A stretch of 64,000 bases of DNA, taken from positions 23,002,001-23,066,000 of the forward strand of contig NC_086124.1 of the NCBI RefSeq assembly GCF_963921235.1. Reading direction: 5' to 3'. Source of the stretch: Mobula hypostoma (Eukaryota). Shown here in pieces: positions 1 through 16,220 of the stretch. Both the position numbers and the translations under genes were made by a program. Every line of letters starts with the position of its first letter. The first letter of the stretch is position 1. The notes below the pieces were generated by a model. It had not been told where the DNA came from and made no database searches. It saw only the letters and a list, made by a program, of their open reading frames with translations.

Positions 1-2414
1 GATTCGTTTCGCGATCTCTTCTTGTCAGTCTCTTGTTGTCCTACACTGAGGACGAACATTCAACATTGGGACGGTGGGTTTTTCAACGATGACTAGTTGT
101 TTTCGATGGGGGTGGGGTGCCCTTTTCCCTCGAGCAGGGATTGGTTCCCCGCAGAGGCTGGAACGGCTGAGATAAAGAGGTGGGGACAGCGGATAGAGGC
201 GAGCGGTGCCCTGGTCGAGAGAGGATAAGGCTGCTGAGGAGAAGGTGGGGGAGGGGGTGTTCTCGGTGTTTAAGATTAGCGAGGTGAATTCGTTCCAGGG
301 CAGAGGGAGGGACTTGCAGTTGGTTAAGAAGGCTGCTCGGTGTGTTGTAGAGGCAGCGAGTACAGCCTCTGCTTTCCAGTGGTGGAGACCCGGGTTCGAT
401 GCCCACCTTCGCCGTTGTGGTCGCCTGTGTGTGTGTGTGTGTGTGTGTGTACCAAATGGTCAATGCCCGTAACTGCTGGTCAATTTTATATAAAAACGGC
501 ATTTCTCTGTTTAGACTTTAGAACAGTGTGGGTGATAGGGCCGGGCTGCTTCGCGTGATTGAGAAACATCTGCGAGCTTGTCAAAGTCCCCTTAATCGGC
601 GACGGCACCTCTGCTTCACTGTGATGCGGCTGCAAATAGCATTTTGATTGTTCCTGCACCTCACCGTGCTTGTGAGCCACCCTGAGGCGGTGTGGGAGAG
701 ACCAGAGGCGCGCAGGAATCCCTGCTGGGTTGCGCGCTGGCCCCTGCGGGTGCTGCCCTCCAGCGCTCGCACCCTGGAAGCGCAGCTGCATTGCACCATC
801 TGTGTTTGACCCAGCGGGCAATGTGAATTTCCTGAGCGCTTGTTCTCGCACACACACGCGACAACAGGACAACGCCACATGTACCTTGAACCTTCAGACT
901 CAAGGACTTGCGCTAATATTATTTTGTGACTGTATGACCTATCGTAACTTTATGTGCGGTGTGCTGTGTGTGACTCTGTTTTGCACCTTGGCGGCGGAGG
1001 ACCGATATTTCGTTTAGCTGTTTACACGTGTATGGTTTGAATGACAATTAAATTTGATTTTGATTTTGATTTGTTTTGGCACGTGACAATAAACATATAT
1101 TGTTGCAAGTTAACACGCATCGTCAGGAAGGGCAGAGGTTCCCGACCTAAGGTCCACCGACCCCTCGGTTAATAGTAGGTGTCCACGGCATTAAGGAAGT
1201 TTGGGAACCCCTGAATTGGGGAAACCAATGTGACTGCGCGCGAATTTAAGTAGAATCTCAGAAGCACCTCGCTTCCTTTACACTTGAGCAGGGAACCAAC
1301 ACATCTCAGGGTGGGCGCCAGGGCTGTCGATGTGCATAATACATCTTCTCGCAGTGATCCCAAGGGTTTCCCCCGGGTTCGCTGATTTCCTCCCATGTTC
1401 CAACGAGTGTTGGGGTGATGGGATTCTGTGTGTGTGTGTGTGTGGGGGGGGGGGTGGGTGGGTATGAAGTGGATCTTGGTAGGATTAGTGTACCAGCGGG
1501 TACTAGATGATGGGAGAAGATTTGAACAGTGGAAGGCCCCGTTTCTGGGATAAGCAACGATGAAACCTGCATTCGTCATACAGGCGGCGTAGGGGATACA
1601 GTGATGTTAGAACACAAGACAGTACGGGCCCTTCACAAATAGCTGGAGTCCTAGACCTGATCCCGTGCTGGGCTACGATCATTTTAATTCCATTAAAATA
1701 ATCCTGGTTTGTCAAGTATCACAGGATCATTGAAACTGGGAAAACAGCACAGTTAATGCCCAGGTTCCTGTTTCCAGTCACCGTCCCTGTCCCTGCAATA
1801 ATCTGTCCTGCCCTCGGCCCAGCACACAGGTGCAATCCTAAGGAAGGCGTACCAACATCTTTGCCTTGTTAGGGCTGGTTACCTAACACTAACACTTCTA
1901 CAGCTGTACTCTTGAAAGTATCCTGAAAGGCTGTATCGTGGTCTGGTTCTGCAATTCGAATGCGCAGAAACGAAAGAAGCTGTAGAGAAGAGTAGTGGAC
2001 TCAGCCCGTTCCCTCTCCCCGCCATGAGGACCGCAACGTTGTCGTGGATTGAAAGCTTGCGTACCACGACGACCCAGAGAGCTATGTCGGCTGGAGTCAG
2101 GGCTTATGCCAAACAGGTCAAAGGGCCGAAAAACCTACTAACATAGCGTTTTTGAAATATGGGAGGAAACCGGAGCTCCCAGAGAAACCCCACGTAGTCA
2201 CGGAGTGAACACACAAACTCCTTAGAGACAGCGGCGGAAATTGAACCCTGGCCGCTGGCGCTGTAATAGCGTTAGGCTACCGTGACGCCAATAAAATAAT
2301 CTACCCCACACCCGCCCGCGCAAGTATTTCAAACAGCCATCAAGCTGTTGTGGCTTTAAGAATACAATACTCAGCTACAGTCAAAACAGAGTTTATTTCA
2401 GACATAAAATAAAA

Positions 2415-4199
2415 TTAATCCTCCTCCTCGGCCCTCTTGTCCAGATCTGCTGAATCGATGCCAACCTGGTTGTAGTCCTTCTCTAACGAGGCCTGTCCTC
2501 CCTCGCGTCTCTCCCTCCCTCCAGCCTCTCGCCCACATACCAGTGGACGAAGGCCCGCTTAGCGTACAACTTGTCGAACTCGATGTTCATGCGGGTCCAG
2601 TCCATGGCTGCGGCGGTGGTGTTGCTCAGCATGCAGACGGCGCGCTGCACCTTGGCCAGGTCACCGCCGGGCACCACAGTCGGGGGCTGGTAGTTGATGC
2701 CCACCTGTGGGAAGGAGGAAAGGAGAAGCATTCTTTTCAGGCGCACAGAGGCGCAGCGGGTAGAGCCGCTGCCTCACGGCGCCAGAGGCACAGATCGATT
2801 TCCATTTCCAAACTGGGCGTAAACGGTGAAACATAACAGGCCGGTATAGGGTTACTCTGGGGTGGTCCCAGGGTGAAAGAGGGTGTAGGTTATAGGTGCT
2901 TGGCAAAGGTGTTTTAAATGGCGGCGGGAGGGGGGGGGGGCTTGTTTGCGAGGAGAACTATCCTGCACTTTATGGCCGAAGCGTATACACCTCCAAAAAT
3001 AGTTGCGGACTTGGATGTTGGGAAATGTGGATAGATTTGGGTTCCCTACTTGAATTCCAAGACTTTAATGGTAAGGCTTCATGGTATAAAAAAAGGTGAG
3101 GAGCCCTTGGGATACAACATGTGGACAGAACGAAGCACCCCGTGGCACAGGATACGACGATTCTAGAGAACTTCACCGATTCTCCGCCAAGCCCCGTGGG
3201 TTGGTCTCAGAGCCTCCAGTCACCTTGAAACCGGTCGGACACCAGTCCACGAACTGGATGGAGCGCTTGGTCTTGATGGTGGCGATGGCAGCGTTCACGT
3301 CCTTGGGCACCACGTCTCCGCGGTACAGCATGCAGCACGCCATGTACTTGCCCTGGCGGGGGTCGCACTTCACCATCTGGTTGGCCGCCTCGAAGCAGGC
3401 GTTGGTGATCTCGGACACGGACAGCTGCTCGTGGTAAGTCTTCTCGGCCGAGATGAGGGGCGCGTAGGTGGCCAGCGGGAAGTGGATGCGGGGGTAGGGC
3501 ACCAGGTTGATCTGGAACTCCAGAAGGTCCACGTTGAGGGCGCGGTCGAAGCGCAGCGAAGCGGTGACAGACGACACCACCTGACCCAGCAGGCGGTTGA
3601 GGTTGGTGTAGGTGGGTCGCTCAATGTCCAGGTTCCGCCGGCAGATGTCGTAGATGGCCTCGTTGTCCAACATGAAGGAGCAGTCCGAGTGCTCGAGGGT
3701 GCAGTGGGTGACCAGCACCGAGTTGTAAGGCTCGACCACGGCGGTGGAGATCTGGGGCGCCGGGTAGACGGAGAATTCCAGCTTGGATTTCTTGCCGTAA
3801 TCGACGGAGAGTCTCTCCATGAGGAGGGAGGTGAATCCCGAGCCGGTGCTGCCCCCGAAGCTGTGGAAGATGAGGAACCCCTGCAGCCCCGTGCACTGGT
3901 CCGCCTGCGGGGAAAGAGGTGTGAGCGTGAGGTACTGTGCCGTTCTCCGTTCGGAATGGGAGAGGATAGTGGGACAGGTGTGGATTGGGTTCATCACTGG
4001 CCAACGGGAAACGTTTACAATTCGCTGACGGGCACCTGCCCACAACCTACCAGCTTCCGGATGCGATCCAGGACCAGGTCCACGATCTCCTTGCCGATGG
4101 AACAGTGGCCCCGCGCGTAGTTATTGGCCGCGTCCTCCTTGCCCGTGATGAGCTGCTCGGGGTGGAAGAGCTGCCGGTAGGTGCCGGTCCGGACCTCAT
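2415..4199 (-). pseudogene. TUBA: Alpha-tubulin pseudogene A (exons 3-5 only)
   Basis: Exon 3 4051-4199, exon 4 3224-3904, exon 5 2415-2704. Intron-2 similarity stops near 4297 and no exon 2 or exon 1 is seen. Signature GGGTGSG is changed to GGSTGSG and FDG to FDR. Deletions and a frameshift in exon 5 give a premature stop at 2483. Confidence 0.9.
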
Positions 4200-5604
4200 C
4201 TGTGTGGGGGGAAAGATCACAGAACGGGAGGATTATAGGCGATATTTACAATCCGCTTAATGCGTTACGGGGGCGGGGGAGGGAGACAGCGTTGAGGGAC
4301 CTACTATTACATTCGTGCACCTATCCAAACTTCTCAAACACTGAAGTGGAGCTCGCATGCCCCACTTGCATCTCCTCCTCCGTAATCTGTATAGGGTCAG
4401 TAACCTCACTTTTAAACACTCTGCCCGTCCCCAGAATAAATACAAATGGGGAAAAAAATCGCAACTGGACTATAGCGATTATTAGGGATCTCATCGATTG
4501 TTTAAGGTTGAATGGTCTGATGATTTAACGAGATGGGCGCTGTTCCTGCAATAATAATTGGAGACTGGCCGGGTGGTCGGGCAGAGGTTTAAAATGCCAC
4601 GAGAATGCATATATAAACTGGACGGCCCTTTTCACCCGGGGGGGGGGCGTTGTAGAACCTCAGGGTGTAGGTTTCAGGTGAAAAGGTAAAGTGGTTTGAG
4701 GGGCAAATCTTTCCAGACAGAGGGTGGTGGAGATGTGGAACGAGTGCCAGAGCAGGCGGGTACCATTACAACGCTTCAAATGAATCTGCACAGGAACATG
4801 GTTAGGACGACTCTGGAAGGAAATGCTTTGCAAGGATAAGGACCGGAATCCCGGCTGCATAACTGGCAATGAAGATAATTATGCTCGAGGTAATTGCGTG
4901 ACGGCACCAGCCGAATTTGAAGAAGGAATATCCATAACTATTAGAATTAAAGCTGGATAAATGGCGATGGAGTACGAAGCAATGTTTGAAAGGGCTGCAA
5001 AGGGATGGATAGATATGCTCCTTAGCAAGTGATCAGCAGCATTGACTCTTTCCATTCGCCACCGGTGCCGCCGTTACCCAGGGAATCAGACACCCGTTTT
5101 GTTTTCCCTGCGCGGTCTCTCAGTGCGCCCTGCCCTCCCATCGCGGGGTCGTTTTGGATCTCCTGGAGCTTGGAGACACGCAGTACATTTCCATTCCCCG
5201 GAGATCACCCCGCCTTCTCGTCCCCGCACTGCTCGGTCCCCGCTCCCACGCCCGGCACTGAGGATGAGCCCGAGACTGAACTCTGAGTTCATTAAAGGAG
5301 GGGAAACATCTGACTACAGCTGACGGCTTTTGGGAGTAAAGGATTGTGCGACTAAAGGGTTCTGAGACTAAATAATCAATCTGAAGCTACTAGATGATAT
5401 TTGATCTGCTCGAATCGATGTGGATTAATAAAGAAGTGTAGATGTTGGGCAAACACATTGGCTGGTTTATTTTAACGGGAGTTGGATTTAATTGGCAACA
5501 GTTTGCTGACGCTTGGTTTAATTTGGAGCTATTTCTTCCTGGTGCACTGAGGTGGGGGAGGGGCTGGAGAGCCGTCCGCTGTTAATTGATCTGCGCTTTC
5601 CACG

Positions 5605-5740
5605 ACGGACCAATCAGCAACGGGCACCATCGAATTTTGTGTGTTACGCTTCCCGTGGAGACCGGGGCCCCTTTGTCCTCGCTGGCCAATCGGAGGTCGG
5701 GCGAACGCCAACGTTCTATTCCCGGGGACTATAAAGGGAC
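5605..5740 (+). promoter_or_regulatory. Core promoter of tubulin gene B (CCAAT x2, TATA)
   Basis: CCAAT at 5610 and 5686, TATAAA at 5730-5735, ~55 nt upstream of the ATG; CpG-rich; same layout in gene D. Confidence 0.75.
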
Positions 5741-5789
5741 CGATTGACGCCGCGCGCCGCCACTGCGAGAACTGCTCGAGGAAAGCAAA

Positions 5790-8322
<2,533 letters not shown>

Positions 8323-8394
8323 GATTTAGTAATTTAGAAATTGAAGGTTTAATTATGTTCAATATATTGTTATATATAGTATCATACTTAAATT

Positions 8395-8400
8395 AATAAA
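8395..8400 (+). terminator. Poly(A) signal of gene B
   Basis: AATAAA ~70 nt after the stop, followed by GT/T-rich sequence. Confidence 0.65.
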
Positions 8401-10325
8401 AGTGTTTTAAGTAATGTTTGTTCCGTTTTTTTATTTGTTGGGCTTGGAGAACTCGGGTAAGGTGGTGATTTTTTTATTAACAAAGTATACTTTATTCAAA
8501 AATAAGATTATGTACAATAATCCATTCAATAACTGTCAATCCTTTACAGACGTTTCCACTATATTCTATACATTTCCACACTTTCAGCCACTCACGTGGC
8601 TCTCTTGTTTCATCTTTACACACCATTGTAGAGGGGTTCTCCCCGCCACCCAACCTCTCCCACTCCCGTGGGAGAAGGACCCTAAACCGTGGTCCTTCCC
8701 CACCGGGCTCTTGCGGTGGCTGCTCCAAGTTTCAGTGCGTTCCTCAGCACGCAGGTGGTGAAATGGGTAAAGGCAAATAACATGAGAATGTGCTGGGTGC
8801 GGCCATTAGTGGCTCAAGGTCGCGTCAGATGCGCAGTGGCCACTTTATTAGGTACATTTACTTGTGATTGCAAATATCTAATCAGCCAATCACGAGGCAG
8901 GAATGCAATGCATAAAATCATGGAGCCACTGAGACGTTGCGTTTTTTTTTAGCAGCGACCAATCGGAGATCAGGTTTGCCGATTGAGTAGAAAGGGCAGG
9001 GACTCGCGGTAGTTTTGTCCAGCGGCCAATCAGCGTTCAGGATTGAGCGGCAAAAACAAATTAAAATACGGCAGGGGCTAGCGGAGCTACTATCGTGGGA
9101 GTGGACACAGTTAGAGTGGGGATCCAGAGCCTTTAGCTTTTCGAGGCTCCAATGAGAAGCTTGATTGAGAGAAAGCGGAAAGCTGTGGGCAGATGTTAAC
9201 CTCCCGCCCCCCACGACAGCTTTTGAAATTGTTTTTCCTTCTCGATAGTTGAATGCTTCTGTTGCGGTATGCTGGAAGGCAGGGAGACCTCCAGTTTTCC
9301 TGACGATTACGTCTACGAGAGGTCCATCCAGCAGCAGCTTCTAACACTCCGCGCTAAGGAGTTGGAGCTGGAGCAGATGAAATCCGGACCATTCGGGAGA
9401 CTGAAGGGGTGACCAGATAGGACATATGGGGAGGCAGTTACATCCATGGTGCCGGACATGGGAATCTGGGTGACTGCCAGGAAGGGTAAAGGCTTTAAGC
9501 GGCCAGTGCAGTGTAACCCCGCTCAACATCAGGTATACCACTTTGGATGACCCAGCAAAGGAAAGTCACGGTGGTCGGGTCTCTGGCACTGGGTCTGGCT
9601 CTGTGACTCGGAAGGCAAGGGAGAGAAGAGGCGAGTTGATGGTAATAGGGCGTCCGTTACTTAGGGGAAGAAAAAGGGGGTACCGTGGAAGAGAATAAAA
9701 TTCCTGGATCGTAGATTGCCTTCCAGTGCCAAGGACGGAACATCTCGGGTCGAGCCGTCGGCGTGCTTAACCGGGAGAGTCAGCAGCCAGACATAGGTAG
9801 GTTGAGTCAGGAGCTTCTGCAAAGTGAGTTCCGGGAGTTGGGTGCCAATTTAAAGGGCAGGATCTCCACGGTTGTCATCTCAGGATCGCTACCCGTGCCA
9901 TGTGCTAGTGAAGCTGGCACCGGGAAGATTATGCAGGTTAATACGTGGCTAAAGAGTTTGTGTGGGAGGGGGCATAAAAATTTTGGATCATTAGGTTGTC
10001 TTCCAGTGAAGGCAGGAACTGGAGGGGACGGTTGGCACCTAACCTGGAACAGGACTAATATCCTAGCGGTGAACGGGCGGAGGTGGGGGGTGGGTGGGGG
10101 GAAGCGGGTGGAGAGGAGTGGTTTAAATTAGAGTTGCAGGGGGTTGGGAACCAGAGGGCAAGAACAGTTAGCGGAGAAGTTGTAGAGAAAGGTGGTGTTC
10201 AGACCTCAGACAAAGTTTGGAATCAAAAGGTTGAGCATGGTGGAACCTGTCCTGAGCTGGGTATATTTCAGAACAAGAAGTATCGTAGGAAAAGCAGATG
10301 ACCTCAGCGTATGGGTCGGCACGTA

Positions 10326-11395
10326 GAGTCATAGGGCCATAGAACAGTACAGCACAGAAACAGGCCATCCGGCCCATCCAGTCCATGCCGAAACCTTTTA
10401 GCCTACTCTACCTACTCCCATCAACCTGTACAAGGACTATAAACTTCCACACCCCTACCATCACTAACCCGGCTCCTCTTAAATGTTAAAATCGAGCTCG
10501 CATACACCACTTGCGCTGGCAGCTCGTTCCACAGTATGATCAACTTAAACTTTTCACCTTTCAACCTAAACCCGTCACCTCTAGTTGTAGTCCCACCCAA
10601 CCTCAGTGAAAAAAAAAAGTCTGGTTGCACTTACTCTTTCTATATCTCTCATACACTTCTACATCTCTATCAAATCTCCTCCCGATCTTCTACGTTACAA
10701 AGAATGAAGTCCTAACCTATTCAACCTTTCCTTATAATTCAGGTCCTCCAAACTCGGCAACATTTTTGTAAATTTTCTCTGCATTCTTTCAACTTTATTT
10801 ACATCTTTCCTGTAGGTAGGTGACCAAAACTGTAACACAATACTCCAGATTAGGCTTCGTCATTGTCTTACATAACTTCAACATAACATCCCATCTCCTG
10901 TACTCAGTACTTTGATTTATCAAGGCCAATGTGCCAGAAACTTTCTTTATAACACTAGCTACATGTGATGCCACTCTCAACGAATTGTGGGCCTGAATTC
11001 CCAGATCCCTTTGTTCTGCCGCACTCCTCAGTGCCCGACCGTTCACTGTGTAAGACCTACCCTGGTTGGTCCTGCCAAGTACCACACCTCGCACTTGTCG
11101 GTATTTTATTCCATTTGCCATTTTCAGTCCATTGTTCTAGCTGATCCAGATCCCTCTGCAAGCCATGATAGCCCTCCGCGCTGTCCACTACACTCCAAAT
11201 CTTGGTGTCATCCCCAAATTTCCTATTCAAGTTAAGCACATTATCATCCAGATGGTTGATAAAGATGACAAGCAACAATGGACAGAGCACCGGTCCCTGC
11301 GGCACTCCACCTAGTAACAGGCCTCCAGTCAGAAAGGCAGCCGCTTACGGCCACTGGCTGGCTTCTCCCACAAAGCCAATGCCTAATCCAATTTA
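10326..11395 (-). mobile_element. CR1 LINE RT fragment
   Basis: ORFs 11057-11305 PQGPVLCPLLLVIFINHL..KFGDDTK and 10795-11121 EQRDLG..KPNLEYC. Confidence 0.85.
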
Positions 11396-11775
11396 CTATA
11401 TATAAGATTATTAAGGGATTGGACACGCTAGAGGCAGGGAACATGCTCCCGATGTTGGGGGAGTCCAGAACCAGGGGCCACAGTTTAAGAATAAGGGGTA
11501 GACAATTTAGAACGGAGTTGAGGAAAAACATTTTCACATAGAGGGTTGTGGTTCTGTGGAATGCTCTGCCTCAGAAGGCAGTGGAGGCCAATTCTCCGGA
11601 TTCTTTCAAGAAAGAGTTAGATAGAGCTCTTAATGATAGCGGAGTGAAGGGATATGGGGAGAAGGCAGGAACAGGGTACTGATTGTGGATGATCAGCCAT
11701 GATCACAGTGAATGGTGGTGCTGGCTCGGAGGGCCGAATGGCCTACTCCTGCAGCTATTGTCTATTGTCTATTGT
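11396..11775 (+). mobile_element. CR1 LINE 3' end
   Basis: YKIIKGLD..SRTRGHSL..RKNIFT.RVV..WNALP; tail (ATTGTCT)n. Confidence 0.82.
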
Positions 11776-14199
11776 GTACTACTTCACCTTGGTTTTGTGG
11801 TATTGTATCCATGGTGCGCCTTGGCTGGATGGGCAAGTCTGCCTGCTCGATATTTCGGGGTTCCGTTGTTTTGGACGCGACGGGGCGGGAGGGATTAAAT
11901 GAGAAGGAGCGGCGTTACTAGTCAGGGAAAATATCACGGCAGTGCTCAGAAAAGACAGATCGGCGAACTCGTCTACTGGAGCGTTATCTGTTGAACTGAG
12001 GAACACGAAAGGTATGACCACATTAATGGAGCTAAATTAGAGACCACCCAACAGTCCTAGGGATTTAGAGGAACAAATTCATGGAAAGGTCGCAGGCAGT
12101 TGCAAGAAACATAAGGTTGCTGTAGTAGGCGATTTTAACTTTCCACATATTGACTGGGAATTCCGTACTGGAAAAGGACTAGATGGGAAAGAGCTTGTGA
12201 AATATGCTCAGGAACGTTTCCTCAATACGTAGAAATCCCAACGAGAGAGTGTGTGATACTTGATCTGCTATTAGCGATTGAGAAAGGGGCCAGAAATTTG
12301 TGTACGGGAACACTTTGCACGTAGTCCTCTTAATGCCATCAGTTTCAAAGTAAATATGCAACGAAGATAGGTATGGTCCGTGGGTTGAGACTCTAAATTG
12401 GAAAAAGGGCAATTTTGATGGTATCAGAAAGAATCTGGGAGGAGGAGGATACTGACATGATGAAGGAAGCCAGAGATGGAGGTCGTTCATTGCTGCACTG
12501 AACACCACAATGGTCGGTAGTCTAAAGCCTGTACCTAACAGAATGTCTAGTGTCTAGTCCTTTAAAGACCTCCAAGTTAGAACTCGGGACCAATTCTAAC
12601 TCCGAGGTCTGCTGCTGAGCGTAAGATCTATAAATTATTTATAGCTAGAGATACAGCAAGACAACAGACCCTTTCGGCTCAACATGAGAGTCTGTCGTTG
12701 CTCCAACTTGGGAAGTGGCGGGAGTGGGGACACAGAGGTAGTGGTGAATGCGGGTTCGATTGCAACCATGTCAGAGCATTTCCAATGACTACATGGATGG
12801 GAGGGATATGGAGAGCTATGGTTCAGTTGCGGGTCGATGGGACTAGTCAGAGTACGACACTGGCCAGACGGGCCGAAGAGCCTCTGTAGGCTACAAAGGA
12901 TGAAGAAAGGTCAAAGAAGGCCTTTATTCATCGAGGAAATTAGTTCGTCAATCACGGTTTATATCATAGCTGAATAAAACTTTGAGGTCACTCTTGGAGT
13001 ACGGTGGGCATTTTTGGTATTAGAGGCTTTGGGGAAAGTACAGATGGGGTTCACCAGGATGCTGCCTGGATTAGAGGGAAGGGAGAAGTTGGACAAACTT
13101 GAGCTGTTTTCTCTGGAGCATGGGGGCCGAAGGTTGTTCTGATAGAAGTTTATGCAACATTTTCTCTATATTTTATATATATTACAGCTGCGCGGACCAA
13201 CCATTGCTCTGAGAAGGGATCTTTTACATGGCTTGAAAACTTCTCGGGACTTTAAATGTTTTTGTAGTACGCATACTATTTATAGTTAAAATGAAAATTG
13301 TAAAATTACATATTATTGATTTTATTTATTAATTGAAGTACGGTACAACACAGAAAATCTTTCATGTTTCGTAAACTTCTTTTCTCGTCCTCCTTTATTA
13401 CTGCTATGTGGCAACAGAGGATATGGGCGCGGGAGCACTTCAGTAACTGCGCGGTCGGGCAACTGCGCATTTTAGACAGAAGAGCGTTTATGAAATTATG
13501 AGAAATATCATTAATTATACAGCCTGTATCTTTTTTCTCTAGGGTTGAGGGGTCAAATACTAAGGTTAAAGGAAGGAAGTTTAAACATGTCCGGGACATG
13601 TTTTTTTAAATTTTTTTTATAGAGAGTTGTGTGTACCTGGATATGTTGCCAGGTGTGGTATGGAGGCAGATAGGATAGAGGTGTTTAAGATGCTCTTAGA
13701 GAGGCACATGAATGTTCAGCGAATTAAGGACTTTTCGGAGAACTCTTTATTATAAAAGGATGTGCTGACATTGAAGAGGGTCCAGAGAAGGTTTTCGGGA
13801 CTGATGCCGGGAATGAAAGGCTTAACGTATGATCAGCGTTTGATGGCTCTGGGCATGTACGCACTGGAATTCAGAAGAATGATGGGGGATCTCATTGAAA
13901 CCAACACGGCAGATCGATCACGCGGTTAATCGACTCCCACGAGTTCTCTCTCTTGGGCGCGGGCTTTCCAGTGTGCATACGTTTTCGTCTCTACGTGCGC
14001 GTTCGTCACTCCCACATTGTAATTGCCCAACATGACTGTTCCCTCTAAGCTGCGCGGGTGCGTGGCCGTGCCGTAACTGTAATGCTCCCACGCACACACT
14101 GCAGCCGCAATATTCTTTTATATAACGCAAATATAATTCTGAAATGATGCTACTGAATTTTTAAATCTATTTTAATATAATTGTTAAATGTCCTGTAAT

Positions 14200-15335
14200 T
14201 AATTATGTGTTAATGAGACAAAGTTTGGTTGGACTGGAGAGCTGTAAGGCAGTGTAAGCCACTGCGATAGTATGGGCTGCCTTTTTGATACAAACCGGTG
14301 GCGCTCACTCCTAAAGTTGCAAGTGTTTGGGAAGATTGGTCATGTCCCACATCAAGAATGTAATCCCGGCTACCTTGGACCAGCACCAGTTTGCTTACAA
14401 GGCAAAAAGATCAACTGAAGACGACATTTTATCGCCCTTCATGTTGTATTGGAGCACGTAAAGGATGTGTTTTTTTATTGATTACAGCTCGGCTTTGAAC
14501 ACCATATAACCACCATATAAGCTGACTGTCAATCGCCACAGTCTAGGTCTCTGCACATCAACCTGTAATTGGATCTTGAACGTCCTCACTAACAGTATCC
14601 AGACGTGAAAGTAGGCGAGTGCACGTCAATCCCCTTAATCGTGGACACTAGTGCCCCACAAAGGTGTGGAGTAAACTCACTTCTCCACACTCTGCTCACC
14701 CATGCCACAAAATCTGATAGGTGTACAGCAATCACTCAACATCAAGAAAACAAAAGACAAAAGAAATGGTAATTGACTCAGCAAGGCAATTTGACGCTCC
14801 TGAAAAACTGAAGCAGCCCATACCTCAATGCACACAAATGCATTCAGGCAAGTGTCAAGTAATGTCTGTTACAAGCCCCACAATTCATAAACGGTGAGAT
14901 GGTAGAAAGGGTCTCCAGCTTATGGTTTTGGGGATGAACATCTCCAAGAGACTCAGTTGGCTCATCAACACAACCTCCACTGTGGGAAGGCACAACAGTG
15001 ACTTTCCAAGCGGAGGTGCTCAAGGAGAGCTAATCTACCCCTAGTATTGCTGATCAATTTTTATCGATGTGCGATAGAGAACACACTGACATACAGAATG
15101 CCAGTGTAGTACTCTAGCTCTCCAAGTGGTCATTAGGATGGCTCAGCACACCACTGGGACTCAATTACTGGACCTGGAGACAATCTACAACTCTCAATGT
15201 TTAAAGTCATTCTCAAGTTCCATCCCTTCCGGAGACTGTCTTTTCAATCTTCTGCCATCTAGTAGGAGATGCAGAGGGATCTTAGCCGAGACATTAAGAC
15301 TAAAAAACAGCTGCTTCCCAAGGGCAGCTGAGTAA
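14200..15335 (+). mobile_element. Degenerate Rex1/Babar-like LINE RT fragment
   Basis: Broken motifs LDQHQFAY..RSTED, FIDYSSA.NTI and FYRCAIE; ORF 15126-15335 ending LLPSSRR..RLKNSCFPRA. Confidence 0.65.
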
Positions 15336-15924
15336 TGCTACACCCTGGTTTGTCAATGGCCTACGAATGTTATGGACTATCGAAGTCACTTGTTGCATGT
15401 AGATATGCGATTTTGCTTTTAAATTAAGCCATACCGTATATATTGAAACATTTTAGAGCATTGACATATTTACATTGTCAGTGTTTCAAGATACAGCACG
15501 GTTACAAATTGTAACAATAAACGCAGAGTGGAAGTTGGCAGCTCGTTGATAAACCGCCAGCCCGCTGAACGCCGACGCCTTCTACAAAAGAAATCATCTA
15601 AAGTGCCGCGCAGCTAACTAAAAGGCATTTAAAAAATTCCTCCTCAAAGCAATCGTTAGTCCGCGCCGCTGTGTAGGACAAAAATTAGAAGGAATGTTGT
15701 CCACCGTGTCCCGATCCTAATATAACTAGTAAAAATATTTAATTGCTGATGTCTGAACGTGTACGGACACTTCGTAAGCAGTGGGAACGTAGAAGAATGC
15801 TAGGGAACGGAGCCGGGAGGGGAAAGAATGACCGAACCAGGAAACCAAGGATGACATGGTCCCAGCGGAAAGCCGGGACAGGTGACTTTGAATGGGATGT
15901 CGGGGAGGAAAAGATATAATAAGC

Positions 15925-16220
15925 ATCCATTAGTCTCGTGAGAGCACGGATTTGCACCTTGGAAGGTTTCCAGGGCGCAGGCCTGGGCAAGGTTGTACGG
16001 AAGACCAGGAGTTGCCCATGCTGCAAGTCTCCCCTCTCCACGCCACCGATGTTGTCCAAGGGAAGGGCACTAGGGCCCATACAGCTTGGCACTGGTGTCC
16101 TCGCAGAGCAATGTGTGGTTAAGTGCCTTGCTCGAGGACACAACTCGCTGCCTCAGCTGAGGCTCTGACTAGCGACCTTCAGATCACTAGACCGACGCCT
16201 TAACCACTTGGCCACGCGCC
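15925..16220 (-). mobile_element. tRNA-headed CORE-like SINE (second copy at 29558-29870)
   Basis: Minus strand: A box TGGCCAAGTGG, a B-box-like segment, then GTGTCCTYGAGCAAGGCACTTAA. Confidence 0.65.

Larger units (their letters stand above)
9100..12470 (+). mobile_element. Degenerate CR1 LINE 5' half (ORF1 SGNH-esterase and start of the APE endonuclease) with nested CR1 insertions
   Basis: ORF 9763-10131 EFRELG..VVISGSLPVP..VNTWLK..DGWHL is typical of CR1 ORF1; the VVGDFNFPHIDW motif is at ~12120; interrupted at 10326-11780. Confidence 0.7.

Noticed and set aside
330-412. tRNA-like sequence with GGTTCGATGCC (and similar heads at 16160-16220 and 57708-57780)
   Set aside because: No convincing cloverleaf; best explained as SINE heads, not tRNA genes.
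1133-1213. Small hAT-type MITE (CAGRGGTTCCC...GGGAACCCCTG)
   Set aside because: TIR-like ends are visible but there is no TSD; too weak to list as a feature.
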